DNA of 64,000 nucleotides from the NCBI GenBank assembly GCA_903813345.2, contig CAIIXF020000001.1, forward strand, positions 41,726,001-41,790,000. Reading direction: 5' to 3'. The notes beneath the pieces were generated by a model. It was not told the origin of the DNA, ran no database searches, and saw only the letters and a list, made by a program, of their open reading frames with translations. Origin of the DNA: Owenia fusiformis. Taxonomy: Eukaryota. Positions 42,788 through 54,212 of this stretch are shown piece after piece. The position numbers were made by a program, and so were the translations under genes. Position 1 is the stretch's first letter; each line of letters begins with the position of its first letter.

Positions 42788-44313
42788 AGCCACTGGGCTG
42801 AAATCAAAATATTTGGACTGTGTTCTAAGGAATGTGTTCTAATAAATCACCGCCATTTGAAACCTAGAGCCATGAAGGAAATAAACTATGAAAGAACTTT
42901 CTCTGCACGATTTGAGGAACTGATAGCCATTATTTAAGTTTACTTGTTTCTTATCTTTGCTGGACTTGCTCCAAAAGAAAGATCTTACACCATGTTCCTG
43001 TACAATACAATTTACTATATGTAAAAGAACGATTGAAAATCCATTGACTCTTGAGGATTCAAAGAACAGAGATTGTCTCTATATTTTTGCATAACCCACA
43101 TCAGTGAAGATGTATTGTGTACTGTATAAGTCTACTGAGTTGAAGTGTACCTTATATTGTGCTATTGTATTCAAATACCTGAACAACTGTCTAGCTTTAA
43201 AGGTGGGTAAGATGTGCATTGAGTTGGTGAGATTTGCTTTTGCTTCAAGTCTCTGGACCCTCATCACCACCTTGTTTAGGCAATGAGTGTTCGGTTGGGG
43301 GGTCATAGGGGCTTGAAGTAAGACTAGTATGCTCATGTTAAATCCAGACTAATCAGAGCATGACTGTTTGGAGAAATGACCAATTATCTGCTCATAAGAC
43401 AAAATTGGGTCCTGTCATAATTATGCTACCCAAGCTATGGGTCGTCTGACCCACCCTTCGTTGGTATACGTATAGTATCACCATTTGTTTAGATCTGAAA
43501 CTATGACTGAGAAAAACTATACACGCAATTTGCAGACTATAAAAAAGTTCTCTGAACATTTAAAAAAACGAAGCAAAGTTGTATGACTTTCAAAGTGCAG
43601 AAATCCGACATTTTAAAATGTATATTAACATCGGGAGATTAGTATGAGAAATCCTTGTAAATTCTAGTTGGCTTAAAATGAGATTAGATGAAATATTTCA
43701 AATTTGAGATACTACTAAAGAGAGATTCCTTGTTTCAGCCAGTAATTCCTTCAATCTTGTGCAATATGAAATACGTCCCATTTATGGACAGTATATAATT
43801 GATGATGTATATTTTGTAAATATTATTTATTTTAATATTATGGGCAATGTTGGTTATCTTGAGATATTTCTTAAGGAAATGTACTTGCAATTATAGACAT
43901 ACATAAGCTAATATAATATTATGTATTGTTGTATGTGTGATCTAAAAGCATTGTACAGTATGTGTTAAGAATTCATGTACTTATGTAGAGAATTATAAAA
44001 ACTTAACAAAATACATTATACATTTTCTGTATAGTATTTGCTATTTTTACTACAGTTGATGATAGGAACCCATTTTCCAATAAAGGATTGACAAAATATT
44101 TTTTGAAATCACAGTTTGACCAATATTCGCTACCTTTTTAATTTCCCAAATTCTATACCAACAAGGTATGGTTTGAATAATGGTTTAAAATCTTATCTTA
44201 GAAAATGAGTGTTTTGAGTGTTTTCATAAAAGTGTTATTTTTCATCAAAATGATAACTTTTCTTAAGAAATCATATTATTCTATAGTTAGCATGATATTC
44301 ATCGGATAACATT

Positions 44314-44706
44314 TCAAAATAAAAACGGTATTTTTGTAATCAGTGGTAAAATATGATATTTTTCACAAATTTTCACTTAACCATAGCATACGGAGTTTTA
44401 GCCATGACATACAGCGCCGTATGCTATGAATTATGGATTTTTGCTACTTCAGACTCAAAGGCTAAGTGTCAATATCGCCGGATCGTTTGGAAAATTCGAT
44501 TTAAATCACTTAATTTCCGACGATTCTGATGATGACTTTAACTATGGAATAAAAAGAACATCCTATGATTTACTCGTGATATGATTTTAATCCACTCATG
44601 TATATTGATATCTGCACTCTCTCGCTACACTTGCTCGTGCAGATATCATATCCATTCGTGGATAAAAATCATATCACTCATGAATCATAGGATATCCTCT
44701 ATTTAT
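44314..44706 (-). mobile_element. Inverted copy of the 34952-35345 element
   Basis: Reverse-complement similarity over its full length. Confidence 0.85.
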
Positions 44707-45641
44707 TTTAGTGAAAACATAGTATCTATGGCCAGAATAAAGTCATAGTCAAAGATATGATTTTATTAATTCATTTGCAATACCATACCTAATTTCTAAT
44801 TTTTATTAAAATTATTGATGCATTAAACCGTTGTGTTCTGAAGACCAGACAATTCATTTTTTGTTAACATGAACTTGGAATTTTGAAGTATCTCTATTTA
44901 TGCTTTGAGTATATTATACTCCTCATGTGTCTCAGTTGTAATTGAAACAAAAGATCTTTTCATGTCATTAAAACTTTAAAGTAAAAAGTGGATGAAATAA
45001 TAACAAAGTAACTAGCTTTAAAAATAGTCAATATCAGCATTATCACTATGTATATTTACATATATTTACTTGGCAATATGCATCATATTGCACAGGTGCT
45101 GTAATCAGATGGAAATCATTTTGTTGTTGATTTTTTAAAAAGTCCACTCTCACTATCTGTCAATATTGGAAGCTAGGATTTTTTTTGGGGGGAGGGGGTT
45201 CATAAATTCAGACCTGGAGACTAAGACTGACGGTTAATTACAAAGGGAGGAAAAGCTAATGCCATGATGAATTTCATACCACTTAACAAGTTAAACAGTT
45301 ATTTTGAGATTTCAACCCAACCCCTTAGAAACATTGAGATTTAAAGAAACCAAGTCTCAGAGTTATCCATCTTCTGAATACATCAACAAGTTTCTTCTGG
45401 AAGGAAGAACAATTCTTAAGTCCTGCATTCAGAGGATGAGAGAGACTCAATATAATATAAACTACTATGAAGTGTATTTTTGTATGTACTTATTGTACCA
45501 GTCTATAATGTGACAATAGAGAAAATGTGATTTAATCTTATAAAACTGATATTGTAAGATACATGTACATGTACTGTATTCAATATAGGTTATTGGTAGA
45601 ATTATCATGTATTATTATACAAGTCCAAAGACTCAGTAAAC

Positions 45642-45682
45642 AATAAACAAAAATATAAAAATTCATTTTTATGATGTTTATT
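45642..45682. terminator. Candidate back-to-back polyadenylation signals (AATAAA on + at 45642-47; AATAAA on - at 45677-82)
   Basis: Hexamers facing each other between the two convergent genes. No transcript evidence is available. Confidence 0.3.
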
Positions 45683-45756
45683 TATATATACTTTACAAGA
45701 AAAATACCTTTAGTCCATTATTACTGTATGAGTAAGATATCAATAGTTGATAGTAT

Positions 45757-45889
45757 ACGTTATTGAATGATTTGAAGTGCAATACAGGATATATTCTGCT
45801 CGAGAATTCCATATTGGAACGAGACAAAGTCGAGTGCCATACAGAATATCGAGACAGAATATATTGCACTTCAAATCATTCAATAACGT
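45757..45889 (+). mobile_element. Hairpin of a non-autonomous element (tandem-GA type), probably extending to ~46055
   Basis: acgttattgaatgatttgaagtgcaata...tattgcacttcaaatcattcaataacgt arms with CGAG/CGAG internal mismatches. Confidence 0.65.
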
Positions 45890-46385
45890 TTTTAACGTGT
45901 GATCCTCTGTATTGCTACTGAGATTGTTCCCTCCGTACCAATATTTTCTGTATTGTAACTGAGATGATTAACGAGGACAATCTCAGTAGCAAAACAGATT
46001 GGTACAGCACAAGAACTGACCAATCAGAGGGCTCCATTTTACAGATCATACAATAAATTAATATGTTAACTTAAAAACAAAAAACAATACCTTTAAAAGT
46101 AATATTACAATACTTGTCTACATAATGAATTATGCCTCATGATATTTAAACTACAAACTACATGTATGTATAACCCTGTATTATAAGTGCTGTATATTAT
46201 CAAAATATTAAAAGTCAAACTACAGGGTGTCTCATGATGAAACACCATAAATGTCAGTGTGCTTTACTCTGACTTTCAAACAACTAGATTATATTTTTTG
46301 AGTGAAATTTTCAATTTCATGTCAAATACATTGTATAAAAATATATATCTTTTTTAATTACAAACACAAATAAAGTGTATACATT

Positions 46386-48705
46386 TTAAAACTTATTTGC
46401 AATGAATCGACCATGGAAATCCATAGGTAAATGTATGGGCATGTATGCATAGTTCATCATTTCCAAAGTGGTACCATTCAAAACAGCTAAATAATTTTTA
46501 CCCTTTTCTCCATCTAAAATAGAGGTGATGACAACTCCGTCATCCTCAGAGGTAGCATCAGGGCGGGGAATAAACCAGGGTTCCATTGGGTAATGGTTAG
46601 GTTTGTGCCATATAAGGTCAGCATTTGGGTTACCACAGACATTCTTTTTCCCAATTGCCCATTTACCATAATGAATGTTATCAGCTTTAGAAATGGTACC
46701 CCAGAAATTGCAATAGTTCAAAGAACGGTGATTCTCATTAATAACAGGGAAATCAATGTGAGTCATGACACTGTCAATAGATGGCATACTATGTAAATGC
46801 TCTGTGGTAACAGTAAGTGTTGTTAAATCAAGAGTGAATCGAGTCAATCTATTTGGGGTTTCAACCTTGTTTCTTTTTTCAACATTCATCATAGTTGGGA
46901 TATTTATTCCAGTTAGTTGTTCAAAACCAGGGAAATGGGTGCAATCTGCAACAATTTTGGTTCCATTGTCAGTTTCATAAGAGTTAACAAAGTGAATGAT
47001 CAAACCTGGGTATTTTGTTTCTAATTTGGTCATTTTGCCTGTGCGTAAATCAACCACATGGACTACCATTGGGTCATTGGGGTCACAACGCATGGCAGAT
47101 TTCATATCAAAGGTACCTTCAGCCATTAAATTAGGGAAATCAAAGAAACAGGGTGTGGCAAAGAAAGCAGCATAGTTTTCAGTAACTGCAAAAGAATGCA
47201 TGTATGGGATAGCATTACTATCGACCTTCCAGCTAGTGACTTCTTTAGGAACCATATCTTCACCCAAACGAATCACGCTGAATTCAGACTGGCCATCCAA
47301 TTCAATTTTAACATAATAAGTTACCCAGTTATCTTTTTTGTATTCGAACAATGGATGAGCTGAGCTCAATCCTGGAACCTCTGGCATTTTAATACCCATT
47401 ATGTTCTCTAAGAAATCTTTCATGGAGGAGTCTTGATCTTCAATATGCTTAGGCAAAAATGGTGTGTATGTTTTCTTCAGTTCTAACTTAGTCATATTGA
47501 AAGTGTACAATTTCCACATATCATTTAAAGCAACAAGTTCTGGGTCTGGATTAGTCTTAGAAGTTTCATAAACATTGACTGGGTTATTGTTCATACCATT
47601 CATCATACGTTGCATCTTCTCCATTGTGTTTTCTTCAGGAATAGTTCCAGCAAACAGAACATATGGGGCGATAGTGTTTGTAGCAACTGAGTCTTTATAA
47701 TAATTGGTCTGCTGCATTTTTGTTGAGAAGAACACACTTTCTCCATCTCCAGGGAATTTCCAGCTACTCAACTTGGCGAAACCATCAAATGTGTGGACAA
47801 CTTTTTTGTCTCCCATTTCAAACTTTCCAGGCCCATTCTTAACCTGTAAAAGCAATAAGAATCAGTTAAATCAAGTAAATGAAGGAACGGGTCAATTTTT
47901 CAATGATGTCTCAAAACATACTTCAAATAATTCCTAAAACATTATCAAACATTTTTTAAATAATCCATCAAGACTGAAATTTTTAGATCTTCTAAATGAT
48001 GCTACTTCAAATGGCAGCCGTTCAAATCATGCATTTGCTAAAATTATTTTTCAACTGTTAACAAATACCCATCTCAATATTTGACTGATGATTATTTAGT
48101 AAAGACGTTTGTTCACTGTTCAATCGCCTTATGAGAGTTGATCGAAGAGTTGTTGTATTGTATAAAATAAGCCAGGCATGGTGAGAAACTGAGATGATGT
48201 ATATACTGCTCAAAAATGAAAGTAAATGATAGAATAATATCTAAATTGCTAATCTAAATTGCTGTACGTGGTTCTCCTTGAGCTCTACATTACTTTGATG
48301 TTAGCTCAAAATGAAAAGAAAAGGTGTCCCTCCAGGAAAGTTTACATTTCTCGTATTTGTGACATCTTTTTTTTATATACCCATCCCCTCGACTAAACAA
48401 TTTTTCATATTTTCCACTCAATTATAGGGCTAAAATAGTCTGGTTTTAAAGTATATTCTATAACAAGAGAGATACATCATCTTAAGATTTTTCCACACAT
48501 ACCCTGGACCTTTAAAAAGACTTACCAGTGTGCCTCTGACCCATTTTGGAATGCCACCTGGGAGCTCAAACTTCAATGGGACATCCTCCACCTCCTTCTC
48601 AATGCTAGTGAAGAGCAGTTTGAAGCCAGTAGAATCTTCAGGTACCTCTCCAGTTGTCATGAAGACCAGACTGAAAACAACACAAAGACTTTTGAGAATC
48701 TTCAT
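46386..48705 (-). CDS. Carotenoid cleavage oxygenase (BCO1/BCO2/RPE65/NinaB family), complement(join(46386-47843,48526-48705)), 545 aa, with a predicted N-terminal signal peptide
   Basis: Family motifs GxIPxWxxGTL|VKNGPG.F and HTFDG. Four His ligands in SAHP, YMHSF, IIHFVNSYE and DFHGRF. Second-shell acidic residues in DFPVIN and EPWF, plus EDDGV. One phase-0 GT-AG intron (CTG|gtaagt...tttacag|GTT). Confidence 0.93.
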
Positions 48706-48785
48706 TGTGGTGAATTTGCTTGTTTGTTGATTGTTGCTTGTTTGTCTTTTGTTGATCGATCTGTAAGACCTGCTGCTTGATGTCA

Positions 48786-48851
48786 AATCTGAAGAATCAC
48801 AATTTTGGTTGAGTTTATATACCTTGATTTAATCTTATCAAATCGCTATCA
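48786..48851 (-). promoter_or_regulatory. Core promoter of the oxygenase gene: TATATAAA (48821-48814), Inr-like TCAGATT (+1 ~48790), GATA motifs TGATAA (48840-35) and TGATAG (48851-46)
   Basis: The TATA box starts 31 nt upstream of the Inr adenine, which is 85 nt upstream of the ATG. Confidence 0.6.
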
Positions 48852-50178
48852 TATAGTGTTATCGAGCATTGATGTGTATGTATCATCTGCTATTACTGGT
48901 TAAATCTGGGGCCAAGGACAATAGGACATTGCCCATGAAGTCTGGGGACACATGTTCGAAGGTGACCCTGTTCATTTAGATTCTTAAAGTGACTTGAAAA
49001 AATCTCTGTTTTTTCTGTTTTTCTGTTTACCACGTATGAAGCTGAGCAATACATCTTTGGTATAAATCCCTAATGTGAATGGTCTTATTTAGGTATGTAA
49101 TCATAAGGAAGAGCACTTCTTTCCATTTTGGGTTGAATAACTAGTATCCTTAACCAGACGAAGACCACAGACAAAGCCAATCCTAGCCTTTTATCTACAG
49201 GGTGTGCTATAAATGTATTCAAATGACAATTGCAACTACTTGTGAATGCAAACTCCCAGTTTCAAGGTCATATTTAATATTACAATTTTACACTTATTTA
49301 CATATGCACAATTGGAATCAAATGGATGTCTTAGACAGTCTATCAGAGACACATTGTGTATGGTGTTTACACTTATGTGATTCATATTTTTGGCAAAAAT
49401 AGTTGAGGCACTATTCTATCATTTACTTTAATGTTTTTGATCAATGTAATCTTTAGAATAATAATGTAATAATATTTTTTCAAAATTTGTTCCAATAAGC
49501 AAATCAAAATTTCAAATTTGATTGTGGATGAGGCATAATAACCATAACCAAATTGAAACAAACTGAACCATCCTTTACAGAACTGATTATATTCTATTTA
49601 TCATGTTTATGGTCTTCGTTTGGTCATAACATATTGTAGAATGTAATATTTTCTCATACTTTAATTCAATTTCAACATAGTCAGTTGTGCTGCAGATGTC
49701 ATCCCAAGGTCATGAATTCATATTAGCAATACAAGGACAGCCTTATTATTAGGTCATAGAATATTGTATAATATGATAATATGATAGCATACATTCTGTA
49801 AACAACTCATATATGAAAGATCTTATCACCAATGAAAAGATGAAACCAATCCTCGAATTCCTCTCCACAGTTATACCAAGAACAAAAGAAGTGTCTGATG
49901 TGTTCTCTAAAACAATATAGAGAAAAGTATATGTATCTATTTCAAATTATATTATTACCATCCCAAAGATGACCATTAAATTGACGATGTGTAAAAATTT
50001 CAGAATTTTTTGAAAATTGGTTCAAGAGAAACATGGGTTCAAAAAGTTCACCATATTGATACCCATCCTTTGTCCAAAGCAGGGGTAACGCTCAATTAGA
50101 GTGATGAACTTCATTCTCCAAACCGAATAGTCCTTAGTTGTAAGAAATGAGAAGATAGAAAGGTGTGATATTAGTATA

Positions 50179-51154
50179 CAGTGAAACCTCTCTTTGTGAT
50201 CATCTCTTTATTAACTGTCAAGTGAACACCATTCCTGGACAAAAATTCTCTCCATTGACTAACAACATATATTCACTTAACACGCACACAGAGTGAACAC
50301 CCAACTTAAGTGAACACCCAACTTAAGTGAACACCCACCTTAAGTGAACACCCAACTTAAGTGAACACCCAACTTAAGTGAACACCAAACTTAAGTGAAC
50401 ACCCAACTTAAGCGAACACTCACATAGAGTGAACACCCAACTTAAAAGAAACACCCAACTTAAGTGAACACCAAACTTAAGTGAACACCCAACTTAAGTG
50501 AACACCCACCTTAAGTGAACACCCACCCTAAGTGAACACCCACCTTAAGTGAACACCCACCTTAAGTGAACACCCAACTTAAGTGAACACCCACCTTAAG
50601 TGAACACCAAACTTAAGTGAACACCCAACTTAAGTGAACACCCAACTTAAGTGAACACCCACCTTAAGTGAACACCCAACTTAAGTGAACACCCACCTTA
50701 AGTGAATACCCAACTTAGGTGAACACCCACCTTAAGTGAACACCCACCTTAAGTGAACACCCAACTTAAGTGAACACCCACCTTAAGTGAACACCCACCT
50801 TAAATGAACACCGAACTTAAGTGAACACCCAACTTAAGTGAACACCCACCTTAAGTGAACACCCAACTTAAGTGAACACCCAACTTAAGTGAACACCCAC
50901 CTTAAGTAAATACCCGTACCCAACTTAGGTGAACACCCACCTTAAGTGAGCACCCACCTTAAGTGAACACCCAACTTAAGTGAACACCCAACTTAAGTGA
51001 ACACCCACCTTAAGTGAACACCCAACTTAAGTGAACACCCAACTTAAGTGAACAGTTGCCTACAGCAAAACCATGAACAGTGAACACTCATTAATAATGA
51101 ACAACTACATATAAACAGTCAACAAATTTTTATTCAGATACAGAGGTTTAATTG
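50179..51154. mobile_element. TA-flanked Tc1/mariner-pogo-like MITE containing a satellite
   Basis: ta|cagtgaaacctct ... agaggtttaattg|ta, an imperfect TIR pair. Confidence 0.6.
50293..51054. repeat. 17-bp satellite (gtgaacaccca(a/c)cttaa), ~44 copies
   Basis: Highly homogeneous direct tandem repeat. Confidence 0.97.
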
Positions 51155-51701
51155 TAGTAAACCACGTGCTGTTAGTACACATGTTTCGGAGGTAAACGTT
51201 TATATTATCTTTCAGAGGGCTTGATCACAATCTGCCCTTATCAAATGAAGGTCTGCTATCATACTTTTATTTCACTAAAAATAGCATGAACAGAAAGTTT
51301 AAACTATTTTATCTTTCAGTTCAAGATATTGGGGCTGAGTTGTCCTTGAAACATACATACAATAAGTTGAGCAATCTGAGGTAAAAGAAAGATGATTTTT
51401 CTTCAGTTTGACACCATTTGGAAATGAAACAATTGTGTTTGATATAATAATCAATTGAGACAAATTGGAAACAAGGATAGGTTGTCCTTATTTAACAATG
51501 GCTGCACTTCCAGAATCAGAAATCAGAAGGAATTTTTTCTCATATTTGACACACAGGTACTCAAACTGAAATTTAAGGCTTTTTAAATTTTTATTTGAAA
51601 ACAGTGACATTCCTCAAATTAATCTAAACCCCCAGAGCCTTATTGTGAAAAATTATCATGTTGGATTAATTTCAATTTTTGTAAACTTAAATTTTGCAAT
51701 A

Positions 51702-51863
51702 CTGTACGCCCGGTATTATTCGCGTGCCAATTAAATCTCTGGGAATTTGTTTTTACCCGGGGCTCTGATGCATTTCGTGCGCACGATTGTTCACATGATC
51801 GTTGCCTGCAATTTGATTGGATATCATATACTGGGGAATCCCCGAATACGATAAAATACAGTA
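51702..51863. mobile_element. Internally deleted copy of the 60857-61290 MITE
   Basis: Shares the left TIR ctgtacgcccggtattattcgcg and internal blocks. Confidence 0.8.
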
Positions 51864-51957
51864 TGAAGTACGGTAAAGTTATTATGGGAGCCACGCACTT
51901 TTGCTTTAATATTAAAAATGACGATGCAATAGAGGTTGATATTACTGTACTGGCTTC

Positions 51958-52163
51958 CTGGTCATCCCAACCCCAAGTCAACTCAACCCAGTCCAACTCA
52001 ACCTCAAGTCAAGTCAACCCCAAGTCAAGTCAACCCCAGTAAAACTCAACTCGCGTGCGAGTTTTACAGGGTTGAGTTGACTTAGGGTTGAATTTTACTG
52101 GGGTTGAGTTGACTTGGGGTTGAATTGGACTGGGTTGAGATGACTTGGGGTTGAGATGACCTG
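51958..52163. repeat. Fold-back element made of inverted ~15-bp subrepeats (caaccccaagtcaac / gttgacttggggttg)
   Basis: C-rich left half and complementary G-rich right half, with ggtcatc/gatgacc ends. Confidence 0.75.
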
Positions 52164-52169
52164 TCACCC

Positions 52170-53352
52170 CAGTGGCGTAGCCAGCAATTGGTGACCAGGG
52201 GTTCGATTTTTTATGTATCCACAAATCTCCCCCCTTCATCGGTGTACCTCACATAAAAGTATTTTTTGTACATACAATTTACACCCCTCCAAAAGTTTGG
52301 CAACAATTTGATTTTCTATATTGAAATAGTTTTTGGTGAATCTTTTACTGAAAGATATTGAATTCTGGTAGCAAAATCATACATTTTATATAACAATTGT
52401 TTATTTGTTCAATGAAATCCAAATCAAGGGTTAGCATACATTGAGACAACTTTTGTAAAGGGCAAATTACAACATATCTCTAAGGAACATATATTTTAAC
52501 GAGCTACCATTGAAAAATCGTCATTCCCAATTCATCATTCAAAGATATGTCAAATTCTGGCATGCTATTCCCACACTTTTAGATGATTTTTGAAAAGAAT
52601 CCAAATCAAAAGAATTTTATCTGCCATTTCATTTTGTAATAGAGGAGTTCATAATGACCTCATGAACTTACAGTTAGTTTCTGAATACTAGTATATTCAA
52701 AAGCAAATATTTTTGAAGAATGTAATACTTATTTAATCATGGCGCACAATAAAAGTCGTAATGGCTGCACGAATACTCTCAATTGGTACTGACGATAGAA
52801 GTGACAGATGACAAATAGTATTGTATTAATGGAATGAAACATAGGCTGAAATTAAAAAAAAAAATTGAAATAACAAAATATCCACTGTGCTCTGTAGGCT
52901 CTAACATTAAACATCTCTCTTAAATTTCAATGCCTTGCAACAAATAAAGAACAAATAATGCTGAAAAACTTATTTGTTGTGCTTTCTTTGAATTGAAAAT
53001 AAAAAACTTTGAAAACATTCCATTTTCTATCACAGTTCCGCTGATTTTATCATTAATGACGAGAATCATGAAATGATCCCTATCTCAGCTTATGTGTGCC
53101 CCAGCACTTTAATATTTTCCAAAGTATTATGACATTCTATTCTTCATGTTACACCTAAGAATGATTCGTTATGACCATAGTGATATTTGCCAATACTCAA
53201 ACCTCTTCCTTTACTATTTTTTCCTACTGGTCATATAAATTGAATATATGTTTCTGGTTATTGCAATGAATTTTTCCACAAATATTTTTTTGGGAGAAAT
53301 CCCGACCGGGGGTTCGTCCGAACCCATCGAACCCCCGGTCCCTACGGCTATG
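52170..53352. mobile_element. Longer CAG-ended non-autonomous element (cagtggcgtagcc...ggctatg), candidate TSD CACCC
   Basis: Shares ggggttcg/cgaaccc subterminal motifs with the CAGG MITEs. CACCC at 52165-69 and 53353-57. The right TIR is degenerate. Confidence 0.5.
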
Positions 53353-53594
53353 CACCCAATTACTGTACATCTAACTTAATTTACACACGAGTAGCTCGAG
53401 AATTCCTGGAATACAGTAGTAATGAATTTCAAACTTGTGAAATCGCGAAATTTAATAGCCGCGAAATCGTGTTTCGAACCCACGACCCCACACTTACAAG
53501 GCGATTGCTCTATCTATAGTCATTTCTTGGGCTGGTCACTGGTGATCGTTCTTGGGGTATTCAGGGTCAGTTGTTCTATTTTATATATAACCAC

Positions 53595-54212
53595 TCAACC
53601 CTACCACATGACCACATTTAAAAGGGATAAGGCAACAGTGAAGTTGCAAATGGAGTATCTCATTTGTTTACAGGGCTTTTCTGGTAACAATACAAGTGCA
53701 TACTGCTTGATGAATCTATACAATTTATAATAGAATACTTGGAAGATAAGTAAATTCTAGAATCCTTCAGAAATATGGAAATAAACAAAATTCCTCCATT
53801 TGCAACTTCATTGTAGCCTGTATCCCTTTTAAAGAAATACAGGCTACAGTATAGGGGTAGGGTAGTGTGGTACCATTTAAATGTGAGCCTCAATGTCCAA
53901 AACTGTTTTGCTAAAATTCAATAATACACACTACTATACCCCCATACTGTATCCTGTATTCCTTTAAAAGAAGTACAGGCTACAGGGAAGTTGCAAATGG
54001 AGGACGTTTGTTTATTTCCATAGTTCTGAATGTATACTAGATTTTACACATATTCTAAGTGTTCTACTATACATTGTATAGATTCATCGAGCAGTTTGCA
54101 TCGTATTATTACCAGAAAAGCCCAAAGGTCAAAGATAGAGAATACCCGCTCCATTTGCAACTTAACCGTACCCTGTATCATTTTTAAATGTGGTCACGTG
54201 GTAGGGTAGTGT
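53595..54212. repeat. Degenerate ~600-bp multi-arm inverted repeat (old fold-back MITE)
   Basis: cctaccacatgaccacatttaaaa pairs with ttttaaatgtggtcacgtggtagg. Repeated gttgcaaatggag / ctccatttgcaac motifs. Confidence 0.75.

Noticed and set aside
48706..48786. N-terminal extension of the oxygenase ORF shown in the ORF track
   Set aside because: It begins at a non-ATG codon at the predicted transcription start. The first ATG is at 48705.
50293..51054. Regular short repeats resembling a CRISPR array
   Set aside because: Units are head-to-tail with no unique spacers, there are no cas genes, and the context is eukaryotic.
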